From: Antechinus flavipes
Lineage: Eukaryota
Direction: 5' to 3'
Length of the DNA: 64,000 bases
NCBI RefSeq assembly: GCF_016432865.1
Contig: NC_067401.1
Location: 443,486,001 to 443,550,000, forward strand
A model generated the notes under the pieces. The model worked only from the letters and a program-made list of their open reading frames with translations, had not been told where the DNA came from and made no database searches. A program made the position numbers and the translations under genes. Below, in pieces: positions 11,665 through 24,960 of the stretch (within the stretch, counting starts at the first letter, position 1; every line of letters starts with the position of its first letter).

Positions 11665-11722
11665 TTCATGGACTGACAGCTGACAAATTCCTGTGTTAGA
11701 AATGCAGACTTCAAAATATCCT
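11665..11722 (+). mobile_element. Continuation of R4 copy 2 beyond the HAL1 insertion
   Basis: Lies immediately after the second HAL1 TSD. Reads IPVLEMQTSKY, like the R4 P.VLEN..KLYW motif that follows the knuckle. Confidence 0.5.
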
Positions 11723-11989
11723 AGATCAGTAGTCTCAAGCTTAAAAACAATCAGGGGTCACTAATGTATAATAAGGATCCACATATTTACAGTTGAGGAA
11801 ACTGAAAGAAACAAAGACTGAAATGACATGTCTAGAATCATGAAACTCAGATCTTAGGCTAAATTTAAACTCAATGCTTCCTGATTCCAGACCCAGCACT
11901 CTATCCACTGTATTAGCAGCTGCCTCTGTGAAGGGAGTAAACAGAAGACTTCATAGTTGATCCTTGTGATAAGAAGGAGAGACTTTAAT

Positions 11990-12420
11990 TTTCTGAGTAG
12001 TGAGATGACATGCTCAAAGCTTTTAGAAAAATGAAGTTGGTAGCTGATAGTAGAATAGCAATATGTCTCTGTTTTCTCAACTGTAAAATGGAGTGGGGGG
12101 AGATTATAAGAGCATCCACCTTCCAGGGTTGTTGGATCAGTGAAAATATATGTAAAAAGCATTCAAAACAGTACCTGTTACATAGTGGGTATTACACAAA
12201 TGGCAGCTAGATAGTATAATGAGTAGAGCCAGGAAAACGACTTCAAATCCAGTTTTATACACTTATTAACTGTGTGACTCTGAACAAGTCACTTAATTTC
12301 TTGCCTTAGTTTCCTCATCTGTAAAATGAGGATACTACTAATGCCAATTAGTTGTTGTGAAGATAAAATGGAATCATTGTAAAGTGCCCAGAGCACTTAT
12401 TAATAGATATTATTATTGTG
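11990..12420 (+). mobile_element. Two tandem MIR copies
   Basis: Two CORE domains (ttttctcaactgtaaaatgg; tttcctcatctgtaaaatgagg). Confidence 0.7.
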
Positions 12421-12439
12421 ATTTGAAGGAACTGGAGTT

Positions 12440-13150
12440 CTCTGAACAGTAACAGGGAAATCTGGAAGGAGAATTTGGAGGTAAAAATAATGAATTCTGT
12501 TTTAAGTATGTTGACTTTAAGATGATTCTAGGACATCCAGTTTGAGATGTCCAAAAGGCAGTTGGTCATGCAGATAAGGAAATATGCTTAAAACATTTAA
12601 CCTCTCTCAGATTGCTTGCTGTCTCAGGGAAGAGGAAGCTAAGGGAGAGAAGGAGAAAAATTTAGAACACAAAGTCTTACAAAATGAATGTTGAAAATTA
12701 TCTTTACATGCATTTGGAAAAATAGAATACTATTGGAAATTTTATTTTAAAGGCAGTTGGTTATGAGTAATTATAGTTCAATGGAGAGACCAGGACTGGA
12801 TATATAGAGCTGAAAATCAACTGAATAGAGATGCTAACTGAACCCATGGGAGCAGATGAGATCACTAAGTAATAGATTAAATAATGAAGAGGAAGAAGTC
12901 ACAGGAAGGGCTTTGGAGTCCATCCATGATGAGTGGACCCAATAAAGAACCAGCAGAAGAGACTGAGAAAACATGATCAGACAGATTGGAGGAATCAGAA
13001 AAAGCAATGTTCCAAAAACTCAGAGAGGAGATACTATTGAAGAGGAGTAAGGGAGCAACAGTGTCAAGCTACAGAGGTCAAGAAGGATGAGAATGAAAAA
13101 AAGGCTTTATTTTTGACATTTCAGAGATCCTTAGTAACTTTGGAAAGCAG
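12440..13150 (-). mobile_element. L2 body fragment, interrupted by L1
   Basis: Typical antisense L2 sequence (gtttgagatgtcc, gagatcactaag, aggtcaagaaggatgagaatg). Confidence 0.7.
12571..12748 (+). mobile_element. Short L1 3'-end insertion within an L2
   Basis: L1 3'UTR (cagattgcttgctgtc...gaatgttgaaaattatctttacatg). TSD aaaggcagttggt(c/t)atg at 12554-12570 and 12749-12765. Confidence 0.75.
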
Positions 13151-13401
13151 ATTGGAAAAGATTTTCACCAGAGCAGTTACTTCAGTTTATTCAGCTATAA
13201 AATGCAGTGTTTGACTTCCTAATAATAACAACTGTAGCCCAATAGGTCAGAGAACATTAAATATAAAAATAATGGCAGGTTGACTTGTCCCAGGACAGAA
13301 TCAAAGGTAGCAACAACAATCTCATAAAAAATGTCCTTTTGTAAGAAATCAAAATCATGTGAAAATAATGGATAAATATTATTATTTAAAACACTACCTG
13401 G

Positions 13402-14018
13402 ATGCCCATCAATTGGAGAATGGCTGGGTAAATTGTGGTATATGAATGTTATGGAATATTATTGTTCTGTAAGAAATGACCAGCAGGATGAATAAAGAGA
13501 GGACTGGCGAGACTTACATGAACTGATGCTAAGTGAAATGAGCAGAACCAGGAGATCATTATACACTTCGACAACGATATTGTATGAGGACATATTTTGA
13601 TGGAAGTGGATTTCTTTGACAAAGAGACCTAACTGAGTTTCAATTGATAAATGATGGACAAAAGCAGCTACACCCAAAGAAAGAACACTGGGAAACGAAT
13701 GTGAACTATCTGCATTTTTGTTTTTCTTCCCGGGTTATTTATACCTTCTGAATCCAATTCTCCCTATGCAAGAAGAGAACTGTTCGGTTCTGCAAACATA
13801 TATTGTATCTAGGATATACTGCAACATATCCAACATATAAAGGACTGCTTGCCATCTAGGGGAGGGGGTGGAGGAAGGGAGGGGAAAAAAATCGGAACAG
13901 AAACGAGTGCAAGGGATAATGTTGTAAAAAAAAATTACCCTGGCATGGATTCTGTCAATATAAAGTAATTATTAAATAAAAATTTAAAAATAAATAAATA
14001 AATAAACAAATAAATAAA
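13402..14018 (+). mobile_element. Young 5'-truncated L1 (ORF2 C-terminus plus 3'UTR)
   Basis: CPSIGEWLGKLWYMNVMEYYCSVRNDQQDE*REDWRDLHELMLSEMSRTRR. Several CpGs retained, (TAAA)n tail, TSD taaa(a/g)cactacctgg at 13387-13401 and 14019-14033. Confidence 0.92.
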
Positions 14019-14844
14019 TAAAGCACTACCTGGCCTTTATATAGCACTTGAAAGTTTGTAAATTAGTTTAAATATACTATATCATTTGACTCATTCATGA
14101 AAAAATCAAGTACTTACTATGTGGTAAGCCCTAGACATAAAAAACTTAAAAGCAAAAATAGTTCTTGTTCTCAAAGAGTTCATATTCGAATAGAGAAGAC
14201 TACACATATAGGAGAGAGTTGCCTAGGAATAGATGCTTTGATCCAGAAAGTCACAGGGACAATGAGAGAGTGGTTGGCAAATAGATCGACAAAGTCCATC
14301 CAAGAACAATGGCAGAGTTGATTTGAACACAGTTCATGGTTTCAGAACTGGAGAGAGGATAAGGGTTGCTGATGAGAGGAAAGACATTTGGCAAGACTGA
14401 TATCCCAACACTTTCATTTAGAAGAATCAAATATTTTATCCACCTGAGCCATTATTTGCCAAACAATCAACTGACAGGAATCCAAATAGAATATGGACTT
14501 GACCCAGGGCATTTCTATCTGACTTTATGATAATTAGTTAAGTAATGTGGTCAGACAGAATCAGATTTGATGCTCTGGCTGTTCTAATCACTGACTGTGA
14601 TTGGCAAAGCTTTGGCAAACCCAAGATTTTTTGTTAGATTTCTGGGTTTTTTTTCTGCTATAAAATGAGTTTGGCTAGTTGATAAGAATTACTGAAGCAT
14701 ATGATTTTTATATATAATCCCCAAACCCTGAGAGATAGTTGCTTTAAATATTCTAGTTCTTTAGAATGAGGGAATTGAGGCTTTAGGGGGAAAAAAGGCT
14801 CGATTCAGGGTTTTCCTCTCCTTGCTATCTGAAGGAGGATTCTT

Positions 14845-15520
14845 TTTTTTTCCCAGCTTTTTTTAATTGGAGTTTTTTTATGTTCAAAACATAAAGGATA
14901 ATTTTTTAACATTGACCCTTGAAAAACCTTATGTTCCAATTTTCCTTCTCTTCCCTTACCTTCTCCCCTAGATGGTATGTAATCCAATATATGTTAAACA
15001 TGGTAAAATACATGTCAAATTCAATATAGACATACATATTTATACAATTATCTTGCTGCACAAGAAAAATCAGATCAAAAAGTAAAAAAAGAAAAGAAAA
15101 TGCAAGTCAATAACAACAAAAAGAATGAAAATGCTATGTTGTAATCTACCCTCCAGTTCCCACAGTCCTGTCTTGGTTGTAGTTGACTCTTCATCACAAG
15201 ATCATTGGAACTGGCCTGAATCACCTCTTTGTTGAAAGGAGCCACATCCATCAGAATTGATTATTGTATAATCTTGTTGCCGTGTACAATGATCTCCTGG
15301 TCCTGCTCATTTCACTCAGCATCAGTTCATATAAGTCTCTCCAGACCTCTCTGAAATCATCTTATTGGTCATTTCTTAACAGAATAATAATATTCCATAA
15401 CTTTCATACACCATAATTTATTCAGCCATTCTCTAACTGATGAGCATTCACTCAATTTCCAGTTCCTTGCCACTACAAAAAGGATTGTCACAAACATTTT
15501 TGCACATGTGGGTCCCTTTC
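14845..15520 (-). mobile_element. L1 3' fragment, older subfamily
   Basis: Reverse complement of the ORF2 end (ctcatttcactcagcatcagttcat, tattcagccattctc) and the marsupial L1 3'UTR. Confidence 0.85.
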
Positions 15521-15704
15521 TGAGGAGTACTTAGTTTCCCTTTAGCGCAAATCAAATCAGCAAGCATTTATTAAGCACTTAAGTGTGTACCAGAGACTGT
15601 ATTAAGGGCTAGGAATTCAAAGAAAGATTCCTTGACCTCAAGGAGCACATATTCTAATGGGAAAGACAACATAGAAATAACTATTTACATTCAAAAAATG
15701 TACC

Positions 15705-16290
15705 TGTCTCTCATCTATCTATCATCTCTGTGATATATAGTATGTAAATGAGTATATAGATATGGTTTTGGAGGGAAATAGTCATATACATGTATTTATA
15801 ACTTTCATATGTAATATATAATTTGTATGTACATAGTTGAATACATGTATATCTGTACATATATTCACGTGTACATATACAGTTGGGAATATATCTAACT
15901 CGATATATGTATATATAAAAATAATATTTCATATGAAAGATATGCATCTCTATGTATCTTATATAAAATAAAACTTGTATATACATAATTGAATGCATGG
16001 GTATCTGTACAATATATACACACATGTGTTCATATATAACTAGAGTTATATCTAACTTGATGTGTTTTATGTATAATATTTAATATGAAAAATATGGATC
16101 TATATCTATCTATATAACTAAACTCATGGATTCAAGTATAGATGTATACATGCATTTGTGAGTACAAGTATATATACATCTGAAATTACCTCTACTTTTG
16201 AGTGTATAAATACAACACTAATATGTATATATTCATATGTATGTATATTTATGTTGTGGGCATGTATATTTATCTGTTTATACACATGTA
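15705..16290. repeat. Degenerate (TA/CA/TG) low-complexity tract within an L2 tail
   Basis: About 600 bp of mixed tatatgtatacat-type units. Confidence 0.85.
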
Positions 16291-17059
16291 CATCAAATTA
16301 TCAAAAGCTAGTCTCAGATGGAAGGAGCTAACACTGGAAGTTTGGGTAAGAGAAGGAAAGATCCCCTTTTCATGGTTTAGAATTTAAGCTAAATCTTAAT
16401 TGGAGTCCAGGAGGCAGAGATGAGGAGGGAGATCATTTCAGGCATGGGGGCCTAGCCAGTAAAAAAGTACAAAGTCAAACTATATGGAGTATCCTGTTTA
16501 AGTAAGAACAAAGTGGTTAATGCTGCTGGATTGTCGAATACATGTTTCAGTATTTTATAATTCTACTAAGTTCACTTTTCACAGAGCTGATTTCTTTGGT
16601 TCAGTGATACCTCTGTTGGAGACTTATCATTTCTGTTTCTGAATAGAGCTAAGAGGGAGGAAGGGAAGTTGGGAATGAGCAATGTGCCCACTCATGAGGC
16701 ACCAGTTAGTGCCTCCCCTGGAGTTTTTTAGGTGACTAAATAGCCCTTTCTGGATTAATTTAACTTTCCTGAAGGTATTAGAAGTTGAAAAATAATTTAG
16801 GAACTGCCGAGGTAAAGCAAAAATCAGGGGAAGTTTCCTTTCTATCTTGATATCTGGAGCACCTGCCATAGTACCTCATTCAGATTATCATCTTAGTCAA
16901 TGCTTGCTAAACTGAACTGAGCTGAACTGAATTGAAGTGTACTTGATAACTACTGTCTGCCTTGGATCATACTGTTTCCTGGGTCCTTGGGAACTTGTCA
17001 AACCCCAGAAGAAGAAGCTGTAGTTGTATCCAAGAAGGGGAAGGGAAATGAATACTTAT

Positions 17060-17295
17060 TTACATAGTGCTCCTATGTAGCACAGTGTCAGCTACTATGT
17101 TAAATTCTTTACAATTATTATCTTACTTGTTCTTCATAACAATCAAGCAAGGTAGATACTGTTATTATCCCCATTTCACAGTTGAGAAAATGGGGCCGAA
17201 ATTAAGAGGCTTGCCCAGGGTTTCACAGCTTGTATCTGAGGATATCTTTGAACTCAGCCTTTCCCAGTACTTGATCCTCTTCACCACTTAGCTGT
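17060..17295 (-). mobile_element. MIR
   Basis: tattatccccatttcacagttgagaaaatgggg...cttgcccagggtttcacagct. Confidence 0.75.
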
Positions 17296-18664
17296 ATCAA
17301 AACAAGGAAAACATAAGAGTACGGTAGGGTGAAGATCCCCCTTAGTGCTAGGGCTTTTCATCTGAGATGATCTCCATTTTCTCCTATATATAACTTATCT
17401 CTGCAAGTTGTCTCTCCTGGTAGACATTCTTCATAGACCTAGTGCTTACTTACTATAGAGCCTTTCACGTGTTAGGTGCTTAATAAATGCTTGCTGACTT
17501 AATAAGATTGGAAAGGATGGACGGTGCCATGGTGCAAAAGTCCTTAAAATTTATTTAATTCAAGAGGAGAAATTTGGGAACTGCTGCAATGTTTTTCTGC
17601 TTCCAGAGGAGATGAGATAAGTAAGTAAAGGAACCCACGGTCCATGTTACTTAATCAATTGACTTTCTAGTAATGTGCTTTTCATTGAGCATGGCTGCCG
17701 AATTTTGCTTAGAGTCATATGGAGAGATGGAAGACCAGGGCTTTGCTTCAGGGCATGAAATTTAGGAGCTGCTGAAAACACTTGAAGTCTTTTAGCAGCA
17801 GAGAAATAATAGAGCTCTGTTAGCAAATAGAATTAGTTGAACTAGAAAGCTACCAGATGGCCTTTTTTTCCTCCTCTTGGCAGCTCTATACTCTTCCCCA
17901 TCCCCTTTTCAATGGCTTAAAAAGTTAGTTTAGGCCATACTGTGTGCCATTAGCCAGGGTATGGTTTGAGGTGCCCTCAACAGGGTCAATAGTTCCTAGC
18001 TATTTCTCTGAGCTTGGCTCTGATAAGATACTGAGGAATTAGAACTGTATGGTCCTAAATATGGCCAAGTATCACCCAGGGTATATCCTTGGTCACTGGG
18101 GTGAAAGGTCTTAAGCTTTCTGGAAAGTGAGACAAATCCATTGAAGAAGCTCCAGCTTAAGGCTATTGAGTTCTATTGCCATTATCCATGTGGAAGCATT
18201 CAAGTTAAATGTCTTCCCTCAGAGTTAATGGTAGCAAATTCATTCAGCAAATTGCATTTCATTTCCTTTTGGGAAAGCTTGCATTCTCCCTTAATATGCT
18301 GGGAAATATGTAATTTGAAAATGCTTTTCCGCAACTGTTCTAATTATAAACAGATTGTGCAGCAGACCCTGTGAAACTCAGCAGGCAACTAGCAGTATCT
18401 GCCTCTAGGAGAGTGCATGAGGCACCCAATCCCATTTATCCTGGGAGGCTGTATGCAGTCTGACACCCAAAGGCCAAATGTTCTTTTTAAATCCAACTCC
18501 GTCTGGTTATCAATTAGCAACAGTATGCCAAATCTTCTATTAGACGCACTGACTCTGAATGGAAAATTATTATTAAAAAATATTTAAATCTTTTTAGGCA
18601 CCTTCTGCATAGAAATCATTAACTAGGAGAGTTGTATCATATTAGAGTCAGGAAGAATGACTGC

Positions 18665-20950
18665 TTCAATCAATCAATCAAAAAATGCTTATTGAATGAT
18701 TCCTATGTATCTTTTGCATAAGACACTTTTGCGAGACCTGGGAATACAAAAACAAAGAATGAAATGATTCCAACTTGCAATCTATTGTGGGAAGCAAGTG
18801 GAACATATAAGTATACATAGAACAAAAATAAAGAAAATAAGTTTGGATAAATGCAAAGTAGTTAAATGCAAGGTGGTTTGAGAGAGAGGGGCACTGTTAG
18901 CCAGGATCAAGAAAAATTTCAAGTAAAATGTCTACTTGGAGCTACATCTTGAAGAAATCCTGTGAGGGGAGGTGGAAAGGCATTTCAGGAATGACCAGAC
19001 CAACAGCCAAGGGAAAGGCCTAACAGTTGGAGAGATGAAATGTGTAAGGAATAGAGAAAAGAACAGTTTGATTGATGTGAATGGAGGGGGAGTAATGTGT
19101 AATGAGATTAGAAAGATAAAGTGGGGCAAGGTCTTAAATTCTAAATAATGAAATGTATGCTTAATTTTAAAGAAGAGGTCTTTAACCTGGGGTCTGTGAA
19201 CTTGCTTTTTAAAGAAATATAATTGGATAATTGCATTTCAATATATCATATTTCAAGTTATCTTTATTTGTAATCCTATGTATTTTATCTATTTAAAATT
19301 ATTCTGAAAAGTCCATAGGTTTCATCAGACTGCCAAAGGGGTCCATGAAACAGACAAACAAAAGTGTTAAGAACCTTTATACTAAAAGAAATAGAATTCA
19401 CTGGATTTTTGGGGGGGGGAAGGGGGGAGGCGGGGAATAGAGAGCAAGAGAGTATGATTAAATTTATAATTAAGTAAAATTGCTTTGGCAGCAGTGTGTA
19501 TGATAGACTGGGTCAGAGAAAGATGGGGCAGGGAGATGAATTAAGAGAGCAAATCAATAATCTAGGTAAGAGGTGGTGAGGGTCCAACTAAAGTGGTAGC
19601 TCTATGAGTAGAAAGAAAGGAGCGGGGAAGGCTATATGTAAGAGATCTATGAAGGTAGAAATTAGGCAAGACTGATTTCCAACTGTTTGGATTTATGGAA
19701 TGAGACAGACTGAGGAATCAAAAACAATGATAAATTTATGAACCTTGAAGATTGGAAAAATAGTGGTGCTTCTGATTAAAAAACAAAGGAGCGATGGGTT
19801 TGGAGGAATAGTAATGAATTCTGTTTTGGATGTGTTAGGTTTGAGATGTCTCTGAGAGCCAGTTTGAAATGCCTAATAGGCAACTGGTGATGTGGGACTG
19901 AAACTCAAGGGAGAGACTGAAACTGGATAGATAAATCTGGGAGTCATCTGCATAAAGATGACAATGAAACTTCATATGGGAGCTAGTGAGATCACCAAAA
20001 GAGAGCGTGCAGACAGAACAGCAGAGCCCTAAGGCAGAACCTTGGAGAGCACCCATAGTTACTGGGCAGTATAATCCTATTGTTGTGTCCAGCAAGGAAG
20101 ATTAGGAAGAAACAGCTTTTCAAGTAGGAGGAGAGCTAGGAGAAAATAGTGTCAAAAAATAACCAGAGAAGTGAGACTATCTAGCATGAGAGAGTGATCA
20201 TCAGTTTCCAATTCAGCAGAGAAGGCAAAAAGGATAAGGAGTGACTGGGGAAACCAGCAGATTAGCAATTAAGAGGTCACCAGCAACTTTGAAAAGAGCA
20301 GTCCTGAATGGGTAAGGTAAGAAGTCTAACTGGGGAGTAAATGACATGAGAGAGGATGTAGTAACAGAGATTATAGGCAGGTTTTTCTAGGAGTTTGTCT
20401 GAAAAAGAAAGGGGATGTATAATGTGCATGAGTAGATGGCAATACAGTCCAGAGAAAGTTTTTTGTGTTTGTTTTTTGATAAAAGGTATGTTTTAAAGGT
20501 AATGGGGAAGAGACCAATAGATAGGGAGAGAGTGAAAAATTGAAGTGGGAGGGAATATGATTCAGGTTGCAATCTGCTGTATAAGAGAGAGATAGACTAA
20601 TCAAGTGACTGTGTAAAGAGGTTGGCTGTGACAAGTTCAGTGGTCTCTTTGTAAAAAAATGGGAGTAAATGAGGACAGGGCGGTAGATAATGCTAAGGGA
20701 TTTTGCGATAAAGAGGAGGAATTCCCACTGAATGGCCTTGATTTTCTCAGTAAAATAAAAATGAAAGGCATGAGGGAAGAAGAAGTTGTAGAAGGCTTGA
20801 GAAGAGAAGATTTGGTAATCTTTTGTGGGAAGTATAATGGGAAATAAATGAGGGAAGATTAAATGGATTGCCTTGTTGCAGTGAGGGCCTTCTCAAAATT
20901 CAATAATATTAATTTACAGTCTACTGGGAAGCAAAGATGTACAGTTTCTT
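18665..20950 (-). mobile_element. Long L2 fragment including the RT domain
   Basis: ORF-track peptide 19835-20095 GALQGSALG...HLYADDSQIY is the L2 RT (QGS and YADD motifs). L2 3' tail at about 18665-18800. Confidence 0.85.
19174..19378. mobile_element. hAT-Charlie-type MITE inserted in L2
   Basis: Imperfect TIRs (gaggtctttaacc / gttaagaacct). Internal tttgtaatcctatgtatttt...cagactgccaaaggggtccatga. Confidence 0.7.
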
Positions 20951-23879
20951 CTATCTCAGTTCAATGGATGATGGAAGTAATCTAGGGTAATCAACATCCA
21001 GTGTACATTGGTTACAGTAAAGTTACCAGTGGTAAGTATGAGTGAATAAGAAGTTCCTTCCAATTCAGAATTTCTGATTCTGGGATTTGATTCAGCATGA
21101 AGATGTGATGGTGAAGATGTGGTAGTCCACCACTAGATCCCCTATCTCACTGCACTCCTTTATCAGGCAGTTTAGATTTCCTATAAAGTTTACCTAAGAT
21201 CTTTATTTCACCAGTACTAACCAAGAAGATATAGGGATTTGAATGACAATATATATTGGCAATAATGACAATAATAATAGCGACAAGATCTAGAAGTAAA
21301 GATGTTCAAGAAAAAGAGTTCAGTCAGCTGGGGACATGAAAGCAAATGGGGCATTTTTGCTATAATCATGTTAATATCTATTAATCAAGTAGTTTAAACA
21401 CCAACTATGTGCCAAAAACAAGTGCTTGGATTTTGAAGACATAAAGGCAAAAATAAAGCAGTCCTTGTCCTCAGAGGGCTTACATTTTATCAGTGGAGAA
21501 AAGGCAAGCTTATATTGTATAAGAATAAGCAAAATAAATACTAGTTATTTATGAGAGAGAATGACTCAAGCAGCAAGCATTTATTAAGCACCTACTATGT
21601 GACAAGATCTATGCTAAATAGTAGAAAATAAGTACATTAGTGAAACAGTTCATGCTCTTGAGCAATTTATAATCTAATTTATATCAATACATCTCAATGA
21701 GCTGTTATTATATCAATGATATGGTGACTTGCTCCACTAGAACATGGGGGCAATCCAGTCATAAATTTCTGGGTAGATCTTAGAAGATTGCTCAGAGGGA
21801 TTCAGTAATTGACCATAATCAAGTACATCACTTTTTTTTTTTTTACCATCTAGCAAATTGTAAATAAGTTTGTTTTTATAAATGCACATTTTAAAAACCT
21901 TTTCTTTGGATAATTACATATTTCTATTGATATTTGATAAATGTGGAACAAATCCTTTTTAAACTAGCAAATATAAATATGGAATTCTGATAATGATTCC
22001 CCCCCTTGTCCTTTAGTATGATATAGTGAAGAGAGTCTGCCTGGAGGTCAAGAAGATCTAGATGATGCTGAGCAAGTTAATTGTCCTTTCAGTGCCATAC
22101 TTCATCTATCTTCTCCTTTTGTCCCTGGGGTCCCCTTCCTCCTGGAGTTACTCATGGAAACTCATTTTAAAGAACCAGACATGTTTCATTCTCATCTCCA
22201 TCTCATCACCATTCCCAAATCCCTTTTCAGTTTCCTTTATCTTGTCTCCCCCCCATTAGAATGTAAGCCCCTTGAAAACAGATTCTTTCTTATTTATTGT
22301 GTTTGTACCCATAAGGCTTAGCACAATGCCTGGCACATAATAAGGACTTAAAAATGCTTCTTGACTTGATTTGATCCTCTCAGTTCTCCCCAGATAACTT
22401 TCTCCCACTACAAATTTCAAATTAGATAGAAGGTGTTTTTGCAGGGAATTTCTTACAGCAGGGAAATCAGAGGTATAACCAAATAATAATAATAATAAAC
22501 ATCTTGCCTGTGATGTTTTTTTTTTCCTTTTTAATGCCGAGATCAAATTGCTTCACCTATTTTAGATCTTCCCAATGAAGGAAAAAATGGAAAGGCAGAA
22601 GATACTACCTTTCCTTCATGCCATTAATTAGTGGAAAACCAAGTTACAAAAGGTTATCAAATGATAATCTAGATCACAGAGGGACCTCATTTGTCCTTTA
22701 AATGTGCTTTCCATTCCATTCATTTCTCTAGAGCAGCCAAAATACTAAGGAAGGAGACTATCTAAAAGGGAAATGGTAGAAGGCTTAGAAAGCTACTTGG
22801 GCAAATGTAATCTTAACCAATGGTCAAGCCTAAACCAAGCAACTGATATTTCTGTTTGTCAGGAAAAGAAATGTGTTTAACAGAGGCCCTTTGTGAACTC
22901 TGGGAGAATTACTCATTGTTTGAATTCCCTTTTGCCTGGGACAAAGTAAATGCCGTGTGTCTAATGCTCTATTCTTAGACATTTGGACAACTCTACAAAC
23001 TATACCCATGCAAATAAATTAAAAACTTGTCTTTTCAAGCTCCTGGGAAATATGAAAGGTTATGATCAGTCAAGAAAATGTGTTTAGCAAAATACATTTG
23101 AGTTTTTATTGGTCCCAAAACATCCAAAAAAAATTGGTTAAGAAACTTGTTGCATTCCAATTGTATCTTGTCTGCATTTCTTATTAAGGTTCAGTGACAT
23201 CTAAAATGATTTGTGTGGCTACTGGTCCCTTCTCTCTTGTCCATTTGTGAATTTGGTGGACACAGAGCAAAAAAAAATACAAAGAAAAAATGAAAATAAA
23301 AGATGAATACAATTTCATTCACTAAATTAGGCCAATTGAGCTGAGGCCTGGCTGTTTTAATAATATAGTCTGCTTTTGACTTGCCATTTGTTATTTATAC
23401 AGATTGAATTGTGAATGACAGGTTGGCTTCCCCAGCCACCCTGCTCCCTACATTCTTGAAAGCTACTACCCAACCACCAGCTACTGTCTGCCTGAACAAT
23501 GCAGGTTTATATTAATATGAGCTTAATCCAAGAAGAAATAAAAATACAACTCTTCAAGAAAAAGGGAGTGTATTGCATCAAAGTCAATTACAGCCAGAGT
23601 GGTGAAAAGAACCCCTACATTATAAGCCAAGTTCTACCACAATTTGTGTAGCCTTGGGCAACATGCTTCACCAATTATGTTATGGGGAAGATTCATGAGT
23701 TAGATCATATGGTCTCTGAGGTTCCTTCCAACTCTGAGTTTCTGTGATCAAGTAACCATTTATTAAGCACCTATTATGTCTTAAATACACTGTGATAGGC
23801 TGGGGAGATTCAAGTACAAAGAAAGAAGCAATTGTTTAATGAAGGAGGAAAGTATGTATAAAAATACATACAATATAAA

Positions 23880-24380
23880 CGTTTGCTTGTCCCTCATTTT
23901 TGAAGAGGACCAATGACATGACAGGGGATACCTCGACTTGTGCCAAATTGGATTAAAGGAGGCAGAGTTGCACAGTCAGCCTCATTCTCTCTTCCTGAGT
24001 CACCAAAATCAATGGCAAGACAAAAGTCAGGATGACTGGCAGTGTGGCTCAGGATGCAGTGGATGACCTTGGAATCTTCAAGGTCTGATCAAGCTCTACG
24101 TGATTCACAGAGCTTCCTTCTGCTGCCTCCATGTCTATTGGTTCAAATTCTGGTAGGGAAAATCTTCATGTCCTTGGGGAAGACATCCCCCTAACTCACC
24201 AACAGGTTTGAGGTCTATCAGTTATCCCTAACTTGGTCTCTTGAGATAGTTTTATCAGGTTCTGGCCACTGTACATGCTACAGCTTCTTGGTGTCATTCA
24301 CCAAAGGTGGATGAACAGTTTTGAAAATAGCTTGGCAAGTATTCATATAGAGGTTCATACGCTCTCTGAATACCCCATAC
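23880..24380 (-). mobile_element. RTE-related marsupial SINE (WALLSI/RTESINE class)
   Basis: gtccctcatttttgaagaggaccaatgacat...ggatgcagtggatgaccttgg. Related copies at about 27350 and 57120. Confidence 0.6.
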
Positions 24381-24960
24381 AGCCTACAGTATAAGCCTAA
24401 AGCTAATAAATATATATTTATATATAAACATATGCAAAGTAATTAAATACAAGGTAGTTGGAGAAGTTCACCAATAGTTGGACTTTGTGCAGAAAATAAG
24501 GTTTCATGTACATCTCAAAAGAAGAAAAAGATCCTATGAAGTGATGTTAAGGAGGGAGGTCTAGCCTGAGTCTAGCCAATGTAAAGGAGACAGAGCATCA
24601 AGAAGGAAGAACAGAGTGAAAGCCAATTTTGCTGGATGGCAGAAATTGGAAAGGGGAACAATTTCCAATGAGCCTGGAAAGGTAATTTGGAGCCCAGTTA
24701 TGCAAAGGTTTAAAAGCTAGGTAGAGTAGCTTATATTTTATCCCAGAATAAATAGGAAGCCACTGGAATTGATTGAGTAGGGGAATCATACGGTCAGATA
24801 TTCAGCTAAAGAAAATCACTTTGATAGCAATGTATAAAATGAGCAAGAGTGAGAAGAACCTTGAAGCCAGGAGACCAGTTAGGAAGCTTTCAATAATCTA
24901 AGTTAAAGTGAGGATCTGACCTAATGTGAGTGGAGAGAAGGGATAAGATATTGTGAAAAT
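24380..24960 (-). mobile_element. L2 fragment
   Basis: Antisense L2 3' body (ggaagccactgga...gaaaatcactttg...gagaccagttagg). Confidence 0.65.

Noticed and set aside
19835-20095. ORF with a YADD reverse-transcriptase motif
   Set aside because: Fossil L2 RT fragment, not a functional gene.
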